60,226 nucleotides of DNA from a virus (taxonomy: Duplodnaviria; Caudoviricetes): IMG/VR virus record IMGVR_UViG_3300021197_001319, positions 1 through 60,226 of that record. One strand, given 5' to 3'. The position numbers and the translations under genes are program-made. Shown in pieces: positions 38,245-47,622 of this stretch (its first letter is position 1; the number at the start of each line of letters is the position of its first letter). Under the pieces are notes generated by a model that was given only the letters and a program-made list of their open reading frames with translations, did not search any database and was not told where the DNA came from.

Positions 38245-39280
38245 TCCTACTCCAGTCACGAAACTCTGTCAAGTTTTCTATACGCCATGGATGATTGTAT
38301 CCTTTTGTGGGCTGTGGATCCTCAAATTTAACCATACCTTTATATAGATTTATAGTTGCTTTGCAGTATGGTCGATTTGCACATATATGTCTTTCATGGT
38401 TAGGTCCTGGAAATCCAAAGCCAGGTGTGTGTATACCTCCAACACTTACTGGATGATCTCTTACCCAGAGCATGTTAGTAACACCTGCGCCTGCTGCACT
38501 TATGTATTTGTTCATCTGACTAAACAGTACAATTTTTTCTGCTAGTGTGTAATTTTCACCAAAAACTTCAGTGTATCCCTGATCCGTCAAAATATCAACA
38601 ACCGAATCTTCATTTACAAGCCCACGTTTCACAGTGTTATCCTCTCCTATAACTTGTTTACGATTGTTTAAGGGATTTGCATGTGCCCGGCGACTAAGAT
38701 ATACCTTTTCATATACGGGCATTGTTACACTTTGTTTAGCACGTTTTACTAGTGTATCTATTAGTTGCCACTGCAGTGGATTTACTTGTGTGCGTTTTCC
38801 GTTCGCATCTTGATTTAGTGTATCACCAACATATAAACGTTCATAATCCACTGTGCTATCTGTGTACTGCCAGGGAATATTTAACAAGTCAAGCATTTCA
38901 GCAACAAAAGGCGGATAATCATCTAGTCCCATACGTGGCGTACGATTTATTAATAGTGTGAGATCACAGTGTCGCTTTTTTAAATTTAAGTAATGGTGCA
39001 AACATCCTAGACCATCTAATATACAATGATAGTAATTTGTTAATGGCTTACTCCACAAATAAAAATAGTTGCCACATCTAACTTCACGTTGTTGCCATGG
39101 AGTCTGATCCTCAGGTATGTGTACCTTGTCTATAATTTTACTTGCACTTTTTCCTAGTTCTAGTGGAATATAATCTTTGTTAACACGCATAAGTTCACAT
39201 ACGCCACTATCAGCCTGATCATATATCTGCGCACGTTTAAAGGTTGCAACACCCTGTGTCATATAACTTCTTAAGTTCAT
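38237..39280 (-). CDS. GT61-like glycosyltransferase
   Basis: NYYH..LD, YLSRR, R.LVNE, GAGVTNM. Confidence 0.8.
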   Translation of the reverse strand: MNLRSYMTQGVATFKRAQIYDQADSGVCELMRVNKDYIPLELGKSASKIIDKVHIPEDQTPWQQREVRCGNYFYLWSKPLTNYYHCILDGLGCLHHYLNLKKRHCDLTLLINRTPRMGLDDYPPFVAEMLDLLNIPWQYTDSTVDYERLYVGDTLNQDANGKRTQVNPLQWQLIDTLVKRAKQSVTMPVYEKVYLSRRAHANPLNNRKQVIGEDNTVKRGLVNEDSVVDILTDQGYTEVFGENYTLAEKIVLFSQMNKYISAAGAGVTNMLWVRDHPVSVGGIHTPGFGFPGPNHERHICANRPYCKATINLYKGMVKFEDPQPTKGYNHPWRIENLTEFRDWSRTI

Positions 39281-39969
39281 GAACTATACAAGTTAATAAC
39301 TTCCTTTTTCCATACATGATCATACTCACAATCACGCATGTTCTCAAACCATGGACCACCTTCAGTATAGTGTAGTACATTAGGCTTTCCATCCTCGGGT
39401 TCTTTATAATGTCCTACTAACCAGTTCCATTCAGGTCCTAGTTCACCAATCTCACTATCATCACACCATTCAAATCTATGCAAGTAAGCACCTGTTTCAG
39501 TGTTTACAGTTTCCAAATCCAAGTTCTTACAACTAGGATGCGCACAGTTAAAGATCATAAAACTACTCCAGTTTTTACGAGGATACTGCAACTGCATTTG
39601 TCCATCCATTTTTAATCCTTCTGGTGGATTGTAGTCATGCTTTACTACCCATACTGCTTTGCTATCATCTTTAAATCCGTTTTGAAATAAGTGATGTGCA
39701 TCTGTTAAAAACACCATATCGCTATCGCAGAACACTGCTAGTCCTTTGTAGTTGTTAAGGTGCGGAATAAGAAAGCGTGTAAAAGTAAACTCTGTACTTG
39801 CCAGTTTGTCTACTTCACGCCAATAAAGTTTCTGCTCTCGCAGATCATTTTGTTTAAGTGCAATAACATTTACAAACTCTTTATATGTGCGTCTCAGTAT
39901 TGAATGTTCGCATACTTGATATGCAATGTCTTCTCGGCTGTCCCAGCCAACATATATATTGTTCATCAA
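39277..39969 (-). CDS. GT8-like glycosyltransferase
   Basis: YVGWDSRE, STEFTFTRF, FCDSD, PRKNWSS, WNWLVG, HYTEGGPW. Confidence 0.85.
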   Translation of the reverse strand: MMNNIYVGWDSREDIAYQVCEHSILRRTYKEFVNVIALKQNDLREQKLYWREVDKLASTEFTFTRFLIPHLNNYKGLAVFCDSDMVFLTDAHHLFQNGFKDDSKAVWVVKHDYNPPEGLKMDGQMQLQYPRKNWSSFMIFNCAHPSCKNLDLETVNTETGAYLHRFEWCDDSEIGELGPEWNWLVGHYKEPEDGKPNVLHYTEGGPWFENMRDCEYDHVWKKEVINLYSS

Positions 39970-40030
39970 TCAGTTTTCCTGTATAATAAATAGAATAATT
40001 AAGTGCGTATATTATTTATCAGGTGATTCA

Positions 40031-40864
40031 ATGACTAAAGTTTTAATGACTGCTGGGTGTAGTTTTAGTGAATGCGAATCAGAATGGATTGATACTTGGC
40101 CTAGGCATCTTGCAAAAAACTTTACAAATCATATATCACTAGGTAGGGGTTCTGTAGGAAATGGATATATTAGCAGAGCGGTAATACACGAAGTTAGCCG
40201 AACTAACCCAGATGTTGTTGCTATTATGTGGTCAGGTTGGGACAGAATAGATCTAAGACTAGAGCAACTTGAGTACAAAAATACCGATGCTGAAAACCAA
40301 TACAATATACGCAAAGGCAATGATTGGCCAGCATATCCCGTAACATGGGATCAATTAAGTATCGACATACAAAGCGAAATACAAACGCAATTTCCTAATC
40401 TAAAATTATTGTTAAAAAATCCAGCACATAATTTAAGACAAGGGTTTTCCGATAAACAATATTGGACAAACATTAGTATGTTACTTGATAGTGGTCTTGA
40501 TAGCAAAAAATATGGAAAAGCATATTTTACTTTGTATAGTGATAACATAAGTAAACAAATTTATAGTTTGGAGCATATATTACGCACACAATGGTTTTTA
40601 GAATCTAAAAAAGTTCCTTATTTTATGATGTCTATGAATAATGATGTTTTAAATTTTCAAATTACAGACGAAACCGCACATCTAATTAATATGCTTGATC
40701 GTAGCAAGTTCATTGATTGTCCTGGAATGATAGAATGGACAATGAAAAATTTTGGTAAAAAAGGATTTCCAAAATATCCAGATATGCATCCAGGAACACA
40801 GCAACATAATGAATTTACACAAAAGGTAATTTTACCATATATGGAGAATAAATGTCTACTATAG
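40031..40864 (+). CDS. SGNH-like protein
   Basis: AGCSFS...SVGN...IMWS...DMHP. Confidence 0.7.
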   Translation: MTKVLMTAGCSFSECESEWIDTWPRHLAKNFTNHISLGRGSVGNGYISRAVIHEVSRTNPDVVAIMWSGWDRIDLRLEQLEYKNTDAENQYNIRKGNDWPAYPVTWDQLSIDIQSEIQTQFPNLKLLLKNPAHNLRQGFSDKQYWTNISMLLDSGLDSKKYGKAYFTLYSDNISKQIYSLEHILRTQWFLESKKVPYFMMSMNNDVLNFQITDETAHLINMLDRSKFIDCPGMIEWTMKNFGKKGFPKYPDMHPGTQQHNEFTQKVILPYMENKCLL

Positions 40865-41661
40865 TTTTAGTAACAGGAGGATTCGATCCTCTACACAGTG
40901 GGCACATTGCCTATTTTGAAGCGGCACGAGAGTTTGTGCCAGACCCTGAAGCGGGCGATCAACTCTGGGTTGCACTAAACAGTGATAGTTGGCTTGCTAA
41001 TAAAAAAGGGCGTAGTTTTATGCCTATACAAGAACGGGCAAGTATTGTAAAAAATTTACGCATGGTAGATCGTGTTATAACTGGATTTGATGACAGTGAT
41101 GGTAGTGCTAGTGGAGCAATACATAAAGCATATACGCTGGGTGCAGAACACATTGTATTTGCAAATGGTGGCGACAGAGGTACAGAGAATACACCTGAAC
41201 AACACGACTTTAGATACACGCCTAATATAGAATTTGCGTTTGGTGTTGGTGGTGAAGATAAAAAGAATAGTAGTAGTTGGATACTTGAAGAATGGCGTGC
41301 GCCTAAAGTAGTACGCAATTGGGGTCATTACAGAGAACTATACAAAGGTGATGGTTTTCAAGTTAAAGAACTTGTTATTAACCCACACAGTAGTTTGAGT
41401 ATGCAAAGACACCAGTGCCGTAGTGAGACTTGGAACTTAGTCAGTGGGGTTGCGCATGTGCTTACAAGCACTAGTTATACTAATCCACACGATGGTGCAT
41501 TAAGACAAAACCTAACACCTCCTAATCCTGTTGATATTCCTCGAGGGGTATGGCATCAGGGTGTTAATGACAGCGCCGAACCAGCACACATTGTTGAAGT
41601 ATGGAAAGGTCGCAGTGAATTATTATCAGAAGAAGATATTGAAAGGTGGGATGCTACATGA
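40852..41661 (+). CDS. Cytidylyltransferase fused to a mannose-6-phosphate isomerase-type cupin
   Basis: TGGFDPLHSGH (HxGH), NSD, ANGGDR; RNWG...LSMQRH..RSE.W...WH. Confidence 0.85.
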   Translation: MSTIVLVTGGFDPLHSGHIAYFEAAREFVPDPEAGDQLWVALNSDSWLANKKGRSFMPIQERASIVKNLRMVDRVITGFDDSDGSASGAIHKAYTLGAEHIVFANGGDRGTENTPEQHDFRYTPNIEFAFGVGGEDKKNSSSWILEEWRAPKVVRNWGHYRELYKGDGFQVKELVINPHSSLSMQRHQCRSETWNLVSGVAHVLTSTSYTNPHDGALRQNLTPPNPVDIPRGVWHQGVNDSAEPAHIVEVWKGRSELLSEEDIERWDAT

Positions 41662-42398
41662 AAGATGTAGCAATTGTTTTTGCTGGCAACAAGTTTAGTA
41701 ATCGTCATATAGAACAAAAACGTCGTCAGTTAGACAAACACTGTAGTCTACCAACAAGACTTACAGTGTTTACAGATGATCCTGCTAGAGTAACAGGCAT
41801 AGGACTAAGAGATACTCGTGCAGTATTACTGCCTGATTGGTGGGATTTGTCAGGTCCTAGACAAAAGTGGTGGTACAAATGTGCAATTTTTGCAGGACTA
41901 CGCTATGTTGATTGGATTGATGATGATGTACTTTATCTGGATCTTGATACAATACTAACAGGTGATATTGCAAAGTTTTGGGACTATAAGCCAGGAAAGT
42001 TCTGTATATTACAGGACTTTAATCGTAAATTTATAGCAGAATATCCTGTAAGTAATAGTAGTGTTATGCGGTTTAATCCAGAGGACAATACAGAAATATT
42101 TGAATATTTTGACCAAAACTTGAAAGATATAGTACGGAAATTCAGAGGTGACCAGGACTACTTAACATGGTGGTTTAAGACACGCGAAAGTTACTGGTGG
42201 CCCAGAGATTGGGCTATGAGTTACAAGTGGGAAATACTACATGGCGGTACAAGACATGGAGGCACTAGTGTAACTTATCCAAACGACTACCTTCAACCTG
42301 ACATAGAATGGCTTGATCCTGAGGATTGTAGTATAGTAGTATTTCATGGTAATCCAGACCCATGGGATACGCATTTTGGTAACTTGCATACATACTAA
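41658..42398 (+). CDS. GT-A glycosyltransferase
   Basis: WWYK, LYLDLD, NSSVMRF, GDQD, VVFHGNPDP. Confidence 0.8.
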   Translation: MKDVAIVFAGNKFSNRHIEQKRRQLDKHCSLPTRLTVFTDDPARVTGIGLRDTRAVLLPDWWDLSGPRQKWWYKCAIFAGLRYVDWIDDDVLYLDLDTILTGDIAKFWDYKPGKFCILQDFNRKFIAEYPVSNSSVMRFNPEDNTEIFEYFDQNLKDIVRKFRGDQDYLTWWFKTRESYWWPRDWAMSYKWEILHGGTRHGGTSVTYPNDYLQPDIEWLDPEDCSIVVFHGNPDPWDTHFGNLHTY

Positions 42399-42402
42399 AA
42401 AA

Positions 42403-42459
42403 GGTTGACAAGTCTCAAAACTGTGTTATATTAAAGAGTAAGTTGGAAATGAGGAGAGA
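42403..42459 (+). promoter_or_regulatory. Early promoter cassette, copy 2
   Basis: GGTTGACA-N16-TATATT, AGTAAGTT (42437-42444), GAGGAGAGA. Confidence 0.85.
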
Positions 42460-42462
42460 CTA

Positions 42463-42807
42463 ATGCAACAGCAAATTGAAACATTGATCCAAGATATTGT
42501 TAATGATTATGACATTTGGCAGAATATTTGTGCTAAAGGTGAGCCAAAAAGCAGTGTGCAAAATGATATGTTTGATCGTTTTAAGTCACGCATTGACTTT
42601 AAAGAAGGTAAAAAGTATATCAAAATCTTTACTGAAGGCGGAAGCGTTTGGGGATTTGTTGTTAACACTGATAAAGATAACAAGTTTCGCAAAGGCGATA
42701 TCCTTAAGGCAGCAGGCTGGAACGCTCCTGCTCGCAACGCCGCACGTGGTAACATCCTAGATGGTGGCTACAAAATCCAGTGGACAGGTCCACTTTACTT
42801 AAAATAG
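42463..42807 (+). CDS. Hypothetical early protein of a type seen in marine T4-like phages
   Basis: KKYIKI...SVWGFV...[13 protein letters not shown]...RGNI. Confidence 0.75.
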   Translation: MQQQIETLIQDIVNDYDIWQNICAKGEPKSSVQNDMFDRFKSRIDFKEGKKYIKIFTEGGSVWGFVVNTDKDNKFRKGDILKAAGWNAPARNAARGNILDGGYKIQWTGPLYLK

Positions 42808-42816
42808 GAGACTATA

Positions 42817-42999
42817 ATGATGGTTATGGATAAACAAGAGCAAGCGGCATATGATGCAGCAATGGCTGAATATTTCGCTAAAGGCGGCAAAGTAACTACT
42901 TGCCCTGTTAATGAGCGCACTGAAGGCTTGGTAACAAACATCTGGAAGCGCGGACCTGGTCGTCCTAAAAAGGCGGATGCAGAAAAAAGTGAAGAATAA
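42817..42999 (+). CDS. Small SutA-like protein with AT-hook-like tail
   Basis: AMAEYFAKGGKVT; KRGPGRPKK. Confidence 0.5.
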   Translation: MMVMDKQEQAAYDAAMAEYFAKGGKVTTCPVNERTEGLVTNIWKRGPGRPKKADAEKSEE

Positions 43000-43000
43000 A

Positions 43001-43059
43001 GGTTGACATAATCTGTATTCGTGCTATGTTTAATAGTAAGTTGTTTTTGAGGAGAGAGA
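43001..43059 (+). promoter_or_regulatory. Early promoter cassette, copy 3
   Basis: GGTTGACA-N16-TATGTT, AGTAAGTT (43035-43042), GAGGAGAGAGA. Confidence 0.85.
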
Positions 43060-43060
43060 T

Positions 43061-43435
43061 ATGCCCCAGATTTTTTCAGTTTTCCAGATTGTTATTGACA
43101 AAGACCTTAGTGATCTTATCAACAAAGAAGGTCACCGTTGTCATGTAAAGAGCCTGGCTCGTTTGGAAGCGATGATGGACGGCGATGTGCGTCTTGGTAT
43201 AATGCATGATTGTTATACTAAGGTAGCAAAAGTTGTTGCTGATGATCTGGAGCATGTGTTTGAAGTTGGAAACATTGGTCCTGAGGATCGTATTACACGA
43301 CTGGACAAGATGCACAGCATCAGCGTTGGAGACATTATTGCAGATGCAGATGGCAACTGTAGTGTAGTTTGTAATGTTGGATTTACTCCACTTGCACAAT
43401 CATTTCATAGACTGTTATCCAAGGAGTTAGCATAA
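43061..43435 (+). CDS. YodL-like domain protein
   Basis: YTKVA...LEHVF..GN...MHSISVGDII. Confidence 0.6.
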   Translation: MPQIFSVFQIVIDKDLSDLINKEGHRCHVKSLARLEAMMDGDVRLGIMHDCYTKVAKVVADDLEHVFEVGNIGPEDRITRLDKMHSISVGDIIADADGNCSVVCNVGFTPLAQSFHRLLSKELA

Positions 43436-43608
43436 TGTTGTTATATGAGGTTTATTTAATTAATCAGCGTTACACATGTGGTGCATATAAAACCTTAGAG
43501 CAGGCTATTAAAATGGCTCGCAAGACTGGTTTTCAGTGCAACATATTTCGTGCAAACGATCCTTTTACAATTATTAAAACTATTTGCCCAATTGGAGGTA
43601 CACGATGA
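43435..43608 (+). CDS. Hypothetical 57-aa protein (not in ORF track)
   Basis: MLLYEVYLIN...PIGGTR*; AAGGAG SD and TAATG coupling. Confidence 0.7.
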   Translation: MLLYEVYLINQRYTCGAYKTLEQAIKMARKTGFQCNIFRANDPFTIIKTICPIGGTR

Positions 43609-43739
43609 TTAAGTTTTATGTATTAGCCGCAATTGGTGCGGGTATGGCAGCGGCAGCAGATTCAATTTTTCTTTTGTTTCTTACAACTGCGGTTGTTCTT
43701 TTATTGTTAATGCGGGAGCAAAATATCAATGGAAATTAA
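43605..43739 (+). CDS. 44-aa hydrophobic membrane peptide (not in ORF track)
   Basis: MIKFYVLAAIGAGMAAAADSIFLLFLTTAVVLLLLMREQNINGN*; GGAGG SD, ATGA coupling. Confidence 0.65.
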   Translation: MIKFYVLAAIGAGMAAAADSIFLLFLTTAVVLLLLMREQNINGN

Positions 43740-43920
43740 ACTAACAGACGCTGGCACATTTGAATTGCTGTATGATAAGTTAGATGTTTTTATTCATTTG
43801 CTTGCATTTGGTTTTGCAATTGCCCTAGTTGTTACAGTGGTAATTGCAAGTGTTCGTTTGGGCTGGAAACTTTGGCCCTGGGTACTTGGGCTAGGACTAC
43901 TAGCGTTTTTGATTACATGA
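43729..43920 (+). CDS. Small membrane protein with two TM segments
   Basis: Two hydrophobic stretches; GGAG SD. Confidence 0.65.
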   Translation: MEIKLTDAGTFELLYDKLDVFIHLLAFGFAIALVVTVVIASVRLGWKLWPWVLGLGLLAFLIT

Positions 43921-44090
43921 GGCGCGGTGTAGCAAAAGATCCCAGTGAATATATTAAAATTCGCATCGGACAATTAATAGATGAATCAAACAAGTGTCAT
44001 GATCCGCATGACGCACAATGGTACAATAGATGCGCTGAAGAACTGCATTGGGTACTTAAAATGATGGAGAATAAAGATGGAACCAGTTGA
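43917..44090 (+). CDS. Hypothetical protein
   Basis: ATGA coupling. Confidence 0.6.
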   Translation: MRRGVAKDPSEYIKIRIGQLIDESNKCHDPHDAQWYNRCAEELHWVLKMMENKDGTS

Positions 44091-44265
44091 TCCCAGCAAG
44101 AAGCATTTTTACATTAGTCTTGTAAAAAGTGCGCTACGTTTGGTAGGCTGTTACTTACTTTGGAGTGCAGGTTATGTAATGGATGACATTGCAGGTGTGT
44201 TTGTTATGTATACGGCATATGCACTAGGTGCTGCCGAAGTGCTAGGTATTGTAGAGGAACTCTAA
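44077..44265 (+). CDS. Small membrane protein
   Basis: HFYISLVKSALR...AEVLGIVEEL; GGAG SD. Confidence 0.7.
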   Translation: MEPVDPSKKHFYISLVKSALRLVGCYLLWSAGYVMDDIAGVFVMYTAYALGAAEVLGIVEEL

Positions 44266-44477
44266 TGGGACCTTATAGTGATTATGCACAACAGAAACGT
44301 GCAGAGCGGATTGCCAGTGTACTTCTAAACTGCAAGGACGAAGATGCAAAACGGATTTGGCGTCTGCATCTAGCAAACTTGTCAAACAATGAAACAGACT
44401 ATAACGCTCGTGTTGTAGAAATGTATGGAGAGAAAAAATGGAACCAGTATATTGGTATGGTCTTGCCTACATCATAG
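44265..44477 (+). CDS. Hypothetical protein
   Basis: TAATG coupling, GAGG SD. Confidence 0.6.
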   Translation: MGPYSDYAQQKRAERIASVLLNCKDEDAKRIWRLHLANLSNNETDYNARVVEMYGEKKWNQYIGMVLPTS

Positions 44478-44662
44478 GCACAGTCATGGGTCTTTACTTT
44501 GGTAAAAGATATGGCATGGGATTAGGAATACTTGCTACTCTTGAAACACTAGTAGAAGGCGGCTATTTAAAAACTCGCAAAACAGATGATGGCGAACTTG
44601 ATCTTATTAAACTTACATTTGAGGAGCGGTTAGATGACACTGCCAAAACAAAAGATTGTTAA
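44438..44662 (+). CDS. Small membrane-anchored protein
   Basis: N-terminal TM segment; GGAG SD. Confidence 0.6.
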   Translation: MEPVYWYGLAYIIGTVMGLYFGKRYGMGLGILATLETLVEGGYLKTRKTDDGELDLIKLTFEERLDDTAKTKDC

Positions 44663-44873
44663 CTTTGGTCCAGATTACAAACTAAGCATTGTAGACGAAG
44701 TTAATCAAGCGGATAAATTTGAACTTGCTGTATTCTATAAAGGTAACATGATAAGCATGCCAGGTATTACTGATAATGGTGATACTGTAACACGGTTTAG
44801 AACAATAAGCGATGTACAAATGATTATGAAAAAAATGTATTCATTGACAAGAGAATTGCCCGAAAACGGTTGA
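44634..44873 (+). CDS. Hypothetical protein
   Basis: GAGGAG SD; stop codon lies within the next -35 box. Confidence 0.65.
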   Translation: MTLPKQKIVNFGPDYKLSIVDEVNQADKFELAVFYKGNMISMPGITDNGDTVTRFRTISDVQMIMKKMYSLTRELPENG

Positions 44874-44922
44874 CACATTCTGTATCCATGCTATGTTTAA
44901 TAGTAAGTTGTTTTTAAGGAGA
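44868..44922 (+). promoter_or_regulatory. Early promoter cassette, copy 4
   Basis: GGTTGACA-N16-TATGTT, AGTAAGTT (44902-44909), AAGGAGA. Confidence 0.85.
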
Positions 44923-44927
44923 TGTAA

Positions 44928-45128
44928 ATGGGTATGTCAAGTTATGTTTTCGACAGTGAAGAAAAGATGTTCGATGTTATTGAACAAGCAATTGGAAATT
45001 GTGAACATCTAACTGATGTAATGGCTGAGGCTGTTAAAGAAAAGGATCTTGTGCCACATTGGAGTGTACAAGAAATTGAAGATTGTTGCAGTGAAGCCTG
45101 GGAAGAATATTGGGCAAGCAAAATATAG
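44928..45128 (+). CDS. Small acidic hypothetical early protein
   Basis: Directly after early promoter and SD. Confidence 0.7.
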   Translation: MGMSSYVFDSEEKMFDVIEQAIGNCEHLTDVMAEAVKEKDLVPHWSVQEIEDCCSEAWEEYWASKI

Positions 45129-45137
45129 GAGAATAAA

Positions 45138-45455
45138 ATGTATTCAAAAGAACTTGAAAATGCATTAAATGCAATGAGAGCAATTACTGATACATCAGAT
45201 ATGCATGTATTGGCAAGCGAGTACAATAAACACGTTACGTTTCTCGGCAAGCGCAAAGGCGCCGGCATTATCAAAGGCGACAAGATTGCCTGGGAGTATG
45301 GTGGTTTGCAAAAGGTTGGTATTGTAACTAAAGTTAACCGCAAGACCATTGAAGTGCAGAACTACGGTAACACACCGTTTGGTGCAACACGCACACGCTT
45401 GGACAAGTCAATGATCCTTGGCAAAGTTCCTGAATCAACAGATACATTTGCATAA
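45138..45455 (+). CDS. Hypothetical protein with SH3/KOW-like C-terminus
   Basis: KGDKI.W...GIVTKVNRKTIEV; AGGAG SD. Confidence 0.6.
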   Translation: MYSKELENALNAMRAITDTSDMHVLASEYNKHVTFLGKRKGAGIIKGDKIAWEYGGLQKVGIVTKVNRKTIEVQNYGNTPFGATRTRLDKSMILGKVPESTDTFA

Positions 45456-45643
45456 TGGCACATGCTAGTGAAATTATCGAAACACGAGGACACCCATTTG
45501 TGGGTGTTCAGTGGTCCATCACAGGTAGCAAGGGCGATGCATACACAGTCGAAATGACTGAATATGGATTTGAATGTAACTGTGTAGCATGGCGTAAATG
45601 CAAACACATTAAAGGTGTTGAAGAGCGATTTAGTGACACATAA
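45455..45643 (+). CDS. SWIM zinc-finger protein
   Basis: YTV...FECNCVAWRKCKHI (CxC..CxH). Confidence 0.75.
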   Translation: MAHASEIIETRGHPFVGVQWSITGSKGDAYTVEMTEYGFECNCVAWRKCKHIKGVEERFSDT

Positions 45644-46643
45644 ACATTGGACTACTATTGTTAGAGAAGTTTTCCCCAGAGCAGAAATATTAGATGCTGC
45701 TCTGGCTTATCCTATTACGGACTATGGTTGGGATGTAAATGTTCCTCGCAATACAACTTTTTGTAACTTCGAGGATCCACAGTATAGATTAGTGATTAAT
45801 TTACAGGACATGCTAACTCGTTACGAGGATCACCGTGTGCCTGGTGAACTTACTAAACTACATCAGCATTTTAGTAAAAATCATTTTCCCATGGATCAGA
45901 TTATTGTATTGATATGGCCCTTGGGTATTAAAAAAGACTGGTCCAAGGACAGTTTTCATTTAATTGAATTTAGCAGTCATCAGTATGAGACTTGGTGTAG
46001 TTACAAAGACTCAGAAGATGAGTTGCGTGAAGCGTTTAGCAGAGAACATAAAGACTTTGAATATAACTTTGTTTGTCCACAGCGCATATACAAGCCACAT
46101 CGTGCAGCCTTGGATAGCATGCTAGAGATAGGCAATGTAAGTTTACAAACAAAGGGTATAGAACTAATGTATCCTAGTTTAAGTGTTAAAGAGTATGATG
46201 ACACCTATGATAATCTTGCTAACCTATTAGCAATGCGTAAGAACTATAACACTGCACTGTTTACTATTGTTAGTGAAACTCAGTACACAGAAGAATTTGG
46301 TATCATTAGTGAAAAAACTTTTAATGCTATTGTAGCAGGACATCCGTTTTTGATGTGTGCGCATCAGTATGCGCTGGAGCATGTTCGTCATTATGGATTC
46401 GAAACCTACAATTATATTTTTGATGAATCATATGATGACCTAGACAATGTTATTCGTATGAAGGACATGGTGAATAGCAACTGGCACTTTACACAGGAAC
46501 GCATGAGTGCAGTAGAGATGCAGAAAATTTTTGAGGATCTGCAGGGGTTAATTAACTACAACAGAGATTACTTCTTTGATCAATTTGGTAACCAAATGAT
46601 TGACGAATTAAGAATGGATTTGTTAGATCTTTGGGGAAAGTAA
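45633..46643 (+). CDS. Putative glycosyltransferase with GT10-like C-terminal motif
   Basis: FTIVSET...ISEKTFNAIVAGHPF...GFET. Confidence 0.5.
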   Translation: MTHKHWTTIVREVFPRAEILDAALAYPITDYGWDVNVPRNTTFCNFEDPQYRLVINLQDMLTRYEDHRVPGELTKLHQHFSKNHFPMDQIIVLIWPLGIKKDWSKDSFHLIEFSSHQYETWCSYKDSEDELREAFSREHKDFEYNFVCPQRIYKPHRAALDSMLEIGNVSLQTKGIELMYPSLSVKEYDDTYDNLANLLAMRKNYNTALFTIVSETQYTEEFGIISEKTFNAIVAGHPFLMCAHQYALEHVRHYGFETYNYIFDESYDDLDNVIRMKDMVNSNWHFTQERMSAVEMQKIFEDLQGLINYNRDYFFDQFGNQMIDELRMDLLDLWGK

Positions 46644-47563
46644 ATTTAAAATTTGGTCAGCGAGGATCTAGTGTAGCAGAATACATGCAGTTATTGCACG
46701 AGATCGAATTGGTCGATGATATAAAAAGCAATACGCTGTTGTGTCACAGAGACGATCCTATTTTAACTGAACAAACGGGCAATCTATCTACGTTTGATCA
46801 TATTATAGTAGAAGACTGGTTTGGTATTGACGACGATCATAATGACAAAATTCATTTATTTGATTATCCTAATGTTACATTTTGCACCACTAATATGCAA
46901 AAAAATAATTTAGTGCATGCCAGTACCGTACATTATAATTTTATGTTTAATAGAACTAAATTAGTTTACGATGAAGAATTTCCTATTAAACGTAACAATA
47001 AAAAGTTTTTCCTATTGTTAACCAACAGTACAGGAGAAAACTATAAAAAAGTAAAATATAACGCAGATAGATCATCGGACTTTTTGTTTCTCAATGCTCG
47101 CAGACAAACAACTGAAAGATTACAAACGCAACAAGTATTGCATGGTTTAAACGGGATAGTGTCAACTAAAAATAACTTGTTGCCCGGCGATGTTAATATG
47201 CCTTACAACCCTGTGCCTGCAGAACATTGGGAAAGTTGTTATTTCAATATTGCAATCGAAAGTAATATAAAAAATGCGGATATTGTGCATACCACTGAAA
47301 AAGTTTGGGAACCTATTATCAAGTACCAAATACCTATTATACTTGCAACCGCACACTATCAGGCATATATGGAAAGTTTAGGATTTGTATTTCCGATAAA
47401 AGTCTTTACAGAACCAGATGAATACTACAATTTTTTAACAGAGTTTTTTAGCGGCAACCCTCGCAAGTTTTTTCTTTCACATGAGGATGAAGTTAGGCAT
47501 AATCACAATTTATTTTTTGATTTACCTATAGACACCGGTGTAGAACAGATATGGGCAAAATAG
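46631..47563 (+). CDS. Putative glycosyltransferase with GT10-like C-terminal motif
   Basis: YFNIAIES...TTEKVWEPI...PI...LGF. Confidence 0.5.
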   Translation: MGKVNLKFGQRGSSVAEYMQLLHEIELVDDIKSNTLLCHRDDPILTEQTGNLSTFDHIIVEDWFGIDDDHNDKIHLFDYPNVTFCTTNMQKNNLVHASTVHYNFMFNRTKLVYDEEFPIKRNNKKFFLLLTNSTGENYKKVKYNADRSSDFLFLNARRQTTERLQTQQVLHGLNGIVSTKNNLLPGDVNMPYNPVPAEHWESCYFNIAIESNIKNADIVHTTEKVWEPIIKYQIPIILATAHYQAYMESLGFVFPIKVFTEPDEYYNFLTEFFSGNPRKFFLSHEDEVRHNHNLFFDLPIDTGVEQIWAK

Positions 47564-47615
47564 GTTGACATATCTCTATAGTGTGCTATGTTTAAGAGTA
47601 AGTTGTTTTTAAGGA
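47563..47615 (+). promoter_or_regulatory. Early promoter cassette, copy 5
   Basis: GGTTGACA-N16-TATGTT, AGTAAGTT (47597-47604), AAGGAG. Confidence 0.85.
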
Positions 47616-47622
47616 GTAACCA

